Assembly: GCA_028023455.1 (NCBI GenBank) | Contig: JAQFVV010000008.1 | Span: 17,546,001 to 17,610,000 of the forward strand | Origin: Epiperipatus broadwayi | Lineage: Eukaryota; Animalia; Onychophora | DNA length: 64,000 nucleotides | Reading direction: 5' to 3' | Shown: in pieces, positions 11,701 to 22,350 of the stretch | How the letters are laid out: every line of letters starts with the position of its first letter | How positions within the stretch are numbered: position 1 is the stretch's first letter | Translations under genes and position numbers: made by a program | The notes under the pieces: generated by a model | What the model saw: the letters and a program-made list of their open reading frames with translations, nothing else | Databases searched by the model: none | Told to the model about the DNA's origin: nothing

Positions 11701-12618
11701 AGGGTTATATCGCTCCCACTGTCCATTTCCATGTCTATAGGGTGATCGTATATTTTAACTTTTATAATTATTTTCTCATTAAGACTGGTTGCTGTAAACT
11801 GTTTTTCTTTTTCCCTGTAATTTATGGTTAGGACTGTTTCTTGTGTGTAGTGTTTCATTTTGTTCTCTCCAACCCATGTTTTGCCTATTACATAATTTAC
11901 ATTGTTTGCATCTAAAATAGAAATTAGTGATTTTATGCTCTTTTTTTCCACAACAAAAACAGATAACAGGATTTCTACTATTACTGCCATTACTTTCATT
12001 ATTTTTTGTGGATTTCTGTTCCACTATTTTGAAAGTTTTGTAAACTTTGGTCTGCTTGAAATTTCCCCCATTATTGAATTCTGTGAATTTTTTGGACTGT
12101 TCCAAGATGAGCTCATAGGCTTTACTACGTTTGATTGTCTCTGTGTAATCGAGATTTGTTACGGACAGTAGCTGTTGTCATAAGATGTCACTGTTTATGC
12201 CTGTCAGGAACTGTTCAAGGAGAGCTTTGTCTAAGTAAGAACCATACATGCAGTCTTTAGCTAACACTCGCAGTACACAATCAAAATCCTTAATCATTTC
12301 ATTTCTAGCTTGCAGATGATGGCGGAACTGTAGTCTAGCAATGTGGTGCGAAGGAGTGGGGTTAAAATAATTACCCAATTGCTCTATGAAATCACTGTAT
12401 GAGCATTGCTCAGGGGTTAAAGGCGCTACTAACCGATTTGCGATTTCTATAACCGCTTTACCCGTGAAACATAATACAATGGCTATTTTATATTTATTGT
12501 CTTCGACTCTATTAATAAAAAGATGCTTTTCTATGTGTTCAACATACAACAGCCAACTGCTCATCTCGTTTATGTCGAATTCGCCAATGGCCTTATGCAA
12601 TTTATCCATTATACCCAA
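8794..12618 (-). pseudogene. Degenerate gag-pol of the Mag-like element (gag 12105-12618, zinc knuckle ~11.9 kb, PR, RT, RH, IN)
   Basis: ORFs with CFCCGKKEHK knuckle, MDSGSDIT (protease), YFDDIL (RT), TDTSEFGVGAV/SQLDKEALAI (RH), HEEHPG...CENCQQ and VSDNRTSF (IN). Confidence 0.93.
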
Positions 12619-13220
12619 ATATTGTACTTAAAAAAATTTCTTTGTGTAAGTGGTGAATAACAGCAATTTTAATACACACTACTCTAGCTTTATTAGGTTC
12701 GAATTCTTGACTGTGCCAAATGTTATATCCGCCAGTTATAATACTCACTGGTGAACAATCTATGCAGTAAGCTAACCCTTGCCCTGACTATATATGCATA
12801 CAATAATTTATAATCACAAAGACTAACACAGGTAGAATAAGAAAAACAGATTTAATTATAATACACTAATATATACATATTTACACTAATACATTAAAAC
12901 AATTGTAATCTATTTATTAACAAACCTGAAGGTATACCAAAATAATAATGAAGATCTGTGTGACCTAATTTATAGTCCCTATGCTGACTCTTGGATGTTC
13001 AGAGGCCAACTGTCCACTCTGGGGCTACCGTGCTAAATAAGCAATGTTCAGCACCTTTCCCAGTTCATCTGCATCAGTAGAGCTCCCAGTTTTTAATGTC
13101 CAAATGCTTTACACTTTCACTCATTTTTCCAGTCCTGATTTTCTGGATTTGATTGGTCAGATCTTGTCTGTCCTGGTAGGATCAATCCCTCCCAGTTTAT
13201 CTTTTGGCTTAAATTTTACT

Positions 13221-13613
13221 TTGATTGATTACCCTTTGAAGTTCATTGGTTTTTAATTAATCACCTTGTTTATCTGCAAAGTTCCTTCGTTAATTAACCT
13301 TGCTATCTAAAAGAATTTGTTTACATGTTGTTTTAGAGCATAACACAACAATTAAAGTATAATATTATTTTAAATTAACAAAGTATTTTTATCTTCACGT
13401 ATATATTGAACCGGATTTGATTGATTACCCTTTGAAGTTCATTGGTTTTTAATTAATCACCTTGTTTATCTGCAAAGTTCCTTCATTAATTAATCTTGCT
13501 ATCTAAAAGAATTTGTTTACATGTTGTTTTAGAGCATAACACAACAATTAAAGTATAATATTATTTTAAATTAACAAAGTATTTTTATCTTCACGTATAT
13601 ATTGAACCGGATT
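13221..13613. repeat. 196-bp tandem duplication spanning the LTR/insert junction
   Basis: ttgattgattaccc...gaaccggatt is repeated with period 196. Each copy contains ~155 nt of LTR plus ~41 nt of the adjacent insert. Confidence 0.9.
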
Positions 13614-15582
13614 GATATTCGATTCAATGGTTTTATTACTAATGTTAATTTTTTTTTATTATTATTTAAAACACATACACATTTATATTTAAAATAAATC
13701 ATTTTACTGTTTATAGAATTGATTTTAAAATAATTTACTTTCACAGCTTTCTTTTAATCCATTTAATTAAAAAACAAGCAAACATGTGATTATATTCCTG
13801 TCTCTTAATTTTATCAATTCTAAAAGTGGATATTTAATTTTGTGTTATTTTAGTTACAATAATCCCTGGTTGGAATTCTTAAATTGGATTGAGCAGAAAA
13901 TTAATATTTGTCTTGCCTGAGGCATAGAATTTGACAATAAGGAAAGTTTTTCATGGGAAATGTAGCGAAGTAAATATAGCCTGCCAAGAAAGAAGGAGGT
14001 TGCTTTTTTTTAGCTAGACTAACAGGCTGTTTAAAAGGCTTGGTTCAGCTGCTGAGTAGGAAAAGGCATTCTGATGAATCTGTAGAACTTCGTATTAATC
14101 GCAGTTTGAACATTTAAGAGATTTTTGAAATTTGCCTTCATGATGTCAACAAACGCTGCCATATGTATTGGAATCCATAAGATGTATTGCTAATTCAAAT
14201 AAAGATGAGCCTCAGGCTCTAAGCTGTTCTTTTGTGATGTCATAAAACTCTAACCTAAGCTGGATCCCCAATTTGCCTCAACACTTGCCTTTGTCATAAA
14301 GAGAAGTCGCCTGAAAGATGAACTATTATTAAAAGTGCACACTCGTCAGAAAATTACTAGAACTCTGCCTTATTGTAAGATAAACTTTTTCTTATTCTAA
14401 CCAGGGTAAATAAATTGCATTTAATTAAACCTCTGCTCAATCTAATGATAATTGTGTTATAAAGTTGTATTAATTATTTTAAGTATTTATTATCTATATT
14501 TACTTTTTCTAGTATTTAAAGTGTGTCTTGGAATCTTAGTTTTAAGATTCCAAGTTGTTTTCATTTATCAGGGGGTGAATTGGAAGATTGTATTTTATAT
14601 GTTTAATATACGCCCAATTATTTCATTAACTATTGCAAAATGCTTTGGCAGTTTTCATAATTTTTATTTACTCACCGGCCCTTAGTTGTTGTTATAAAAT
14701 AATGAAATTTTAAACGTTTGGTTTGCGCTTTTTGCAAACAACAAAATCTTTTTGCTGGCTATTTGTCAAGTTATTTCTTTGGGTTGTCTGAAAGTAGTCA
14801 TTTCTTTCTGTATTACGTAAGATCGTGATCAAATATCTTTTTGTTGCCTTGTATGTGAAATCAACCACACTTGCTTTAAATGTAGTATTACATGCAGCAG
14901 TCCTGTGGTGTTGTAATGTCAGTAGGTAGAATGCTACTGATCGATCATCTGCGCTGGTTTCGTTGATTTCCTACAAGGTTGTAATTGTTTTCATATCGCT
15001 GATTCAGGAAGCTAGAGTTGCTGTTTTTTTGTAATTTTATAAATTGCCAGCAGGAAGATATTATCTTACCCATTTCTTATATTTTTAGGTGAGAGAATTT
15101 TGCTGCCAAAATGTTTAATGCCTTCATGTTTGCCATACTCTTGTGCACTCTCTGATAAATATGCGTATGTTAATATAAGTCACTTTTGTATTCATGACTA
15201 GATTTCTTTACTCTATTGTCCAATTTTTAATAAAATTATCAAATTGTTTACATTTATTTGGCTGACATTTGTCTTGGTACTTTTATTTCTCAATTGTCTA
15301 AACAATCCATAAGATCTCTTGTTTATCCGAGTTTAGTTCGGTGCATTTCAGTTCGCATATCCTGTCCACCCTTAAAATAAATGTCTAGTGATGTGATGGG
15401 ATGTATTTGGCTTCTCCTTAAATGAAGTCAATAATATCTCGGCAATTATGCCCAGATAAACCTGTTAGCCATAGTTCCGATTTTCAGACCATATGCGAAT
15501 ATAAAAAGCTTTCGTCCATTATAATACATATAACTTACGTATGTATATTGCGATAAATTATACACACACATACGTTTAAATA
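13572..15582 (-). mobile_element. ~2-kb decayed insertion in the 5' LTR (possibly LINE-derived), TTAAAT duplicated
   Basis: The LTR resumes at 15589. ttaaat is present on both sides (13370-13375 / 13566-13571 and 15583-15588). Contains a LINE 3'-tail match at ~15390-15475 and weak LINE-ORF2-like residues on the minus strand. Confidence 0.45.
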
Positions 15583-16024
15583 TTAAATCCCTATTTACAA
15601 CATTTACTATTATTATTTTGTGTGTATGTGTATTTTAATTATACACATACATAACACTAGGGTAGAAGTTTTTTACTCCATACTTGAAAAATTACAATAT
15701 CATTAAAATTTGTTCAATTGCAAAATGGTTTTGTAGATTTTTTTTTCAACTTTTTCTTGTTTGAAGTTTGCAAGTGAAGTCTTGATTCTTGATTCTCCTT
15801 TTAGACTTCCCCTCCCCCTATCTTCAGTTATTTTTTTATTGTAATGGATTGTGCTACATATAATGGACCAATAATATAATATTGTGAATACTAATTAATA
15901 GATCTCCCTTTAGTGATAACTAATTAGACTATTTCATATCAATTTGAACTACAATACAATATACTTGAAGATTATTTACAAAATTTAGAAGAATTATAAA
16001 TTGATTTTTTTCTTCTTTTAATTA

Positions 16025-16455
16025 TTGTTTAATAATAATAATAGGGAGGATGATACCATATTTCACATTTTCAACAATTGTTCATCTCTTCAGGACTGTA
16101 GAATATTGATTAATCAAATTTATATACCAAAATATCCAATTATCAACACACTCATAGAAGGTATTGCCTCTGGGGATTTTGCAACTATAAGAAGTGCCAC
16201 TTTCATTACTTTTTGTCTATGGTTTGTCAGATGCATTCTAATCTTCAAGTCAGTTTTACCTGATCAAAAATTAATTTTTCTACAAAAATTAAAAGAAATC
16301 AAAGAAAGAGATTTGAAGTTAGCTCCTCACTTTGTGGTGAATTCCACATGGAATCTTGTTAATGTTGGTCATTCCTCTCTGGAGGAGTGAGTTTTTGCTA
16401 TTTTTTTTTTCTTTTGTTGTATACATAGTTGAATAAACCTGTTTTTTGATAATAG
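16025..16455 (+). mobile_element. 5'-truncated L1/Tx1-like LINE 3' end
   Basis: ORF with DTIFHIFNNC (end of the C-terminal CCHC finger) and CLWFVRCILIF. The 3' end aataaacctgttttttgataa resembles the 3' end of the LINE at 38.6 kb. Confidence 0.65.
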
Positions 16456-18904
16456 AGTACTAAATACTTTTATACTTCCAAATTGATTCAATACTATTTA
16501 ATTATCATTTTAAATATGATTGCAACTAGACCATATGACAAAATGTATATGAACTTCATATCCACTCTTTCAGATTTTCTAGTGTATCTCAAACAGTCTA
16601 AGTTTTTATCACTTTCAGGATATTTATTGGTGAGCTTTTATTCAATTTAAAAATTATAATCCAATAAGCATTTCAACCTACTATTGGTTTTATACACTGA
16701 TTTTCCATATATATTAATTATTGCTAATTGAAATTTAAAAATTTTCATACTGGATCACTTGAGTAAGGCTTAATGTAATTGAGCCAAACCATATGGTTAC
16801 AATATATAGATATAAACATTTAGATAGAGAAAGCCAGCTGTCATTATATTACATATCTTTAAAATTAAATAAAGTTTAATAAGGATGTTACTGAAGTAAA
16901 AAAAAGTTTACCAATTTATGAAAAAAAAAAAAATTTTCATAAAAAAGTAAAATCTGCATAAATCTACTTTATAGCACTAATGATTTTAAAGACAAAAGAA
17001 TGATAATATTGAAAAGAAAAATTTCTTACTGTAAAAAAAATTATCAAAGATAGTAATTGCCTTAAGAAATCTATTGACAATGGAAAAAATTTGTACATAC
17101 ATATATTTTGAAGATTTTTAAACCTAAAGAATTTTTGTAGGCAAGACTATTTCTAAATCATTTTTAGAAAGTTAAATTTTGATTGGCAATTCTGATATAT
17201 TAAACTAACTGGAAGTTTACATCAAACAAACAATTCTAGATATGTTGATTATATATATATTACAGCATTAAATATATTTATTATATTATATCCATCATTA
17301 TAAAAGTGCATGTGTTAATTAAATATATATTATAATAATATAGTGCCTTAAACTAGAAAATCTATCTAAATAGCTAAGCTTTGTTTAATATAGTATTAAG
17401 TTCAAGTGTAAGTTCAAATCTTGTCATTTTAAAACTAATTTTTGTATCATAAAACCAGATTAGTATTTATTGTCATTATAATGTATTCCTCCTACATTTA
17501 TATATATTTGAAAATTTAGCACAGAAACATGTTTATATATATATGTAATCTGCAAATAACTTTTTATTTAGTGAGTTAATTTAATTATTATTTATTGTCC
17601 AATAAATTTGTTATATATTTAACTAAATTCTTTAGACTTATATATCTAATATCTGTTTTAACCCACACATCTTATGCATGTATTTTGTTCATATATTATT
17701 GCTTTATGTGAAGCTACATACTTGGGAATGATAATGGAGTAAATCTGTGTATGCATACATTCTAATAATTCTCTCTGGGAATTATGTAGATGGCATCCAT
17801 TTATCATCGCAAGGCATTTTCGGGAATCACTTTAAAATCTATACAAAAAATAGAATTGATTGACAAGAAATGCCTTGATGATTTCAAACTAATCTTTTTG
17901 GTAAATTTAATATTTATTAGTCAGTATATATTTAAAAGAGCACATTTGTTTATATGAGAACCCACTATGGTATTTATTTTTTATAAATTGGCTACCCAGA
18001 TAAATGGTAGTGTTTGACCCATTTAGTTATTTCAAGCCAAGTACAAATTTGATACATATATGCTTCATATTTTTTACTATTGCATGTGTGGATATTTCTT
18101 GAATTTGTTAATCATTGTTAACTTACACAGAGGCAAAACTCTCCATACAGTAGCACCACTCAGTGCAATCCAAAGTAATCAATGGATGCATTATCATCTT
18201 AATATTCATATTTACGAACATTATATAGGATTAAATATTTGGCACACCAATGTGTGGCTAGATATATTTTTAATCCTTACTCCACTATTTAATAATAATC
18301 TTTGCACTGTTAAATATATATACAATATAAATAAAATGTCCGTTAATTAGAACAAAATTATAATCTTTTTTTTTAAATTTAATGGCAGTTGAGGCAGGTT
18401 TAAGAAATTAACCGATTGAAATATTATCGTTATATTTATTATTTTTATTATGATATATATATACTTTCATCAAAAAGAAATACTATTATTAAATACTGGT
18501 CATATTTAGTATTTTTTATGAAGATCATTAAGTATGACATTCAAAACGTTTTATTTAATAGTCATATTTTTGATAATGATATTCTTTTGGATTAATATAT
18601 ACAGTAATGTTTATATTTTCTATCAATTTTTCCCTCTCTTAAACAAGATAATAGAATATAATTAAAATAGGTGTAACAAATTATGTAATATTTACATAAT
18701 ACAATTATTAAATATGTTTATAATGGAAATATTATTTTTTGATATATTATTTATATATATCATATTACATAAGTTAATGTGAAGATTGTTAGAATATTAA
18801 TAGTGAATATATTAAAAATTGATTGCTTGATTTTATATTATATTACTGTCAAAAAAAAAATTCAATATTTAGACTCAAAAAATATTCTTTCCTGTCTTTT
18901 TTAG

Positions 18905-19296
18905 GCTATTCTGGATTTCCAAAGGATAAAGCTGCTAAAATCCTATTTCTTGCTATTCACCAATTTTCAAAAGGTCCCATTAGAGGACTCAGGGATATTC
19001 ATTTTACTGATATAGATCCCGAATCAGTTTACAGTATGATACAGACTATATGCAATTATGTAATGAAAGAGAACATTAATCCTGAATCATGTGAGAGCCT
19101 ACTAGAAAATGAAATAATCACAACTAATAATAAACCTAGGAATATTTCCAAAATCCAAAATAAAGATAGTAGTGAAGAAAATGATGAAGAAGAGGATCAA
19201 CATGAGAATATAAGTGAATCAGGTGATAAAAATTATAACTTTAAATATAATAAACACATTGCCAGATATTTAAGAAATTTAAATCACTATGTATAA
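18905..19296 (+). CDS. Exon encoding the C-terminal part of a Macro domain followed by an acidic linker (PARP9/14-like macrodomain protein)
   Basis: Acceptor ttcctgtcttttttag at 18904. Translation GYSGFPKDKAAKILFLAIHQFSKGPIRGLRDIHFTDIDP fits the Macro signature G-x-x-G-F-P-x-x-x-A-A-x-I...L-x-x-I-x-F. Either ends at TAA 19296 or uses a donor near 19221. Confidence 0.7.
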
Positions 19297-20097
19297 TTAC
19301 TACTTCCTATGGTAGGAATTTCATTATAATTTACAGTAGCTATATTTTAATTTAAAAGGAATGGTAGGTAATAAATAAAATAAATAATCAAATGATTTTA
19401 TTATTCAAGAGTGCGTAAGAAGTTTGAGCATCAGAAATGACAGATTGTGCAGTAACCCAATGGACTTTGAGCTCTATAATCCACCACTAAATCATACAGG
19501 GCATGATACGCAATAAAAAACTGATGTTAGTTATTTTCTTTCTTATTCCCTCTATTGTTTCTAAAGCATATAATAAATTTTATTCTAAGAATATAACCCA
19601 GGACTATCATATTTTCATTCAATTAAATATAATTATATTATATGGTCAGAAAACATAACATATAAATTTGTATATAAATAAAATAGTTTTAAAATATCAT
19701 TGCAATGCAAAGTTCTCTTCAATATGAACAGTAAAAGTTAAAATAATTGTCAGATAGTAAGGTTTTGAGTTGTTTCTTTTCATTGTTTTATCTTCTAGTA
19801 AATAGCTACATACCAGTTTATGAATTTGTTTTACCATTGATGGTTTTTATTATTGTTGTCATCTTGACCCATGAATCTTCTTTCATGTTTATGTCCATAT
19901 ATTCTAAAGCAAATATCAACAATATAAATAATTTATAAATGCATACGGAAAAATATTTACTCGATCTTTAACATAAATTATTTCACCATCTTCATTTGGC
20001 ATTTTGCTTGGCTAAATCTGCCAAATTCCGATACTCTTCCCATCCCCCATACGATGGCAATATAGAAATACAACCTAATCTGAAAGTTCATAAACCT

Positions 20098-22350
20098 TTA
20101 GCTGAATGTTATCGCAATCAATACTGATCCCAAATTAACTGGAAAACACACTACTGAAATAAAAAATTTATTGACAAAACGTAATTTTAAACAAAGATTT
20201 AACATGAACAAAAATTCAATAAACTCTTCTTTCTCCATCACAGAGGTTCAAATACTTCAATAGACTGTTACTAGCAAAAATTTGACATGAATTTTTAATT
20301 ATCATATTATTATTTATGTGTGATTTGAAGATTCCATTATTGCTTCTACCAACTCAAGATTTGGATGGAAACTAAAATTTTAGTTTCCTTCATTTTATTA
20401 CAAGGTCTTAGCAGTTGAATTGAATCTGAATAGAATATGCATCTTTCAAATTTATATTTGATAATGAAAACATATTGCTTCTGCATTATAATATTGTAAT
20501 ACTATAATGCTATTTGAAGTAAGGATCTCATACATCGATATGTTAGATAATAACAATGGATATAGGTTAAGATATGTATGTCTATGCATAAATTTTAACA
20601 AAGTAAATAGGTACCGTGTTGTTCACATCTATATAAGAGAGGTATGTATGCTGACATATCAATTTTGAGAGCTTGAACAGATTAGGTATCGACTATAATT
20701 ATTTTTACAATATTTAAATTCTAATTCTAGAAGATACATCAAGAATTTGTTATCTCTTTTAAGATATTTCATATAGACACAAGTTCTAAATCTTTACTTA
20801 AGAAAACTCATATGTAATGGACCAAAGAATTTACTATATGGTAAGATTAAAATGCAAATAAGGTTTTTTCAGAGGTGAAACTATTTATGGCTTTATTAAA
20901 AGTTGTGAAATCTCATCTATGTTCATTACCATAGAGTAGCACTTTTGCTATACTTGCATTCATGGCTTCATAACTCTATATACGTATAAGTATGTGATGC
21001 TATCTAGGGAGCTATAGATCACATTTGCAGGCATAGTTACTTCTTTTATTTTAAATTATTAATAATATTAGTTGAAACCCTTCTGCCTTCATTTTTGTGT
21101 GGCTTAAACATGTCAAGTCTCTACTACGACTTTCAAATAATTCTCTTTTACAGCTGACAATCCATCTCATGAACTCTAATAAATTAGATTTATTATATAG
21201 CTATAAATGTAATTAAATTATCTTTGCCTTTCTTACATTAAAATAATATAATTTATTATCTATTAATTTTTAGTTTTATTAAGTAATCATTCTTCACTCA
21301 ACCTATGTCTCTCATATACACTGTGACTATCACATTATACATGCACAATCTTGGGTATTTAAATTCGCTCAACCTAATTTTATATCATGATTAATAATAA
21401 TAATAGTAAAATTGGATTTACTCCATTATCTATCAGAATTCATTATTTATTGTTTTATAATTTTATAGAAATATTGATATAATTCTCTTTATACCTTTTA
21501 TTTGAGATCCTGCTTCTCTTCTTTTAAATATTGTTTAAGCTATTTCAGTTTTAATATTTTTAAAAATAAGAGAGGTGCATATTAAAAATATATTTCTTAG
21601 CAAAAATGCACATGGAAATGCAATAGTACATCACAAGTGATGTCTGACAATGGCAAATGAATTGTTATGAAATTTATGAATTAATGCAGACTTGCCTTTT
21701 GTGATTCAGACTTCATCTACTGACATTATTAAAAATGATCTTTAATTACATAAATAAAATACTATTAAAATTTTTTACAATCATGTATATATAAATATAA
21801 TTTTCACACTTACTCATATCATTTCAATACTCGGTGTATACAAAGTATTTAGACATTCTCTTTGTTTTCTGACTTTTTTTTTTAATCATCGAATTTTAGT
21901 TATTTTGTATATCTTCCAAAAAAAAAAAAAGTAACTTACAGTTCCTAGCAATAGGACAAAGTTTCATAATGTCTGGAACCATTATCCAGTTATGATCTTT
22001 CAGTGGCATTAGAAAGGGGCTAACATATGTGTAAATTTAATGATTGGCATGCATAGATTCATCTTTATCTTTTTCTTCCTTTTCTTGACTATTAGTCTAG
22101 GATATAGGAATTTCTATAATTTTAACAAATTTTAAATATCAAAGAAGATTCCATATTTCTCCGCTGATTGATGAGTAACTAGAAAAATTCTATTTTCCTA
22201 GATTCAAATGTTATTAATGATAGATAAAATATTAATTACAAATACTACCACTGATTACAACTAACTCTTGATTGAGCTAGAACTAAGAATTAACTTTTTT
22301 TTCTTTCATTGTTTATACCCATTGCCAGAAACTCCCAAATGAATAACAAT
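20098..22350 (-). pseudogene. Spliced relic resembling pyroglutamyl-peptidase I (peptidase C15); exons 22319-22350, 21940-22019, 20098-20153
   Basis: GT/AG-bounded blocks join in frame to IVIHLGVSGNG-PFLMPLKDHNWIMVPDIMKLCPIARN-LVCF..., recalling the C15 segment VxHVGVSG...HNxGY...D....CP. The first acceptor appears broken, and no catalytic Cys/His exon was found. Confidence 0.35.

Larger units (their letters stand above)
1902..15656 (-). mobile_element. Ty3/Gypsy (Mag-like) LTR retrotransposon, degenerate, both LTRs interrupted
   Basis: The LTR tgttatatcc...acataaca occurs at 1902-2057 + 8135-8702 and at 12721-13375 + 15589-15656. TSD CTAGG at 1897-1901 and 15657-15661. PPT complement attcctccccc at 8703-8713. 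tRNA-Ser-like PBS next to 12721. Internal gag-PR-RT-RH-IN order on the minus strand. Confidence 0.93.

Noticed and set aside
9077-12631. Plus-strand ORFs antisense to gag-pol (9077, 9480, 9760, 10657, 11326, 11902, 12386)
   Set aside because: Shadow frames of the retrotransposon coding strand.
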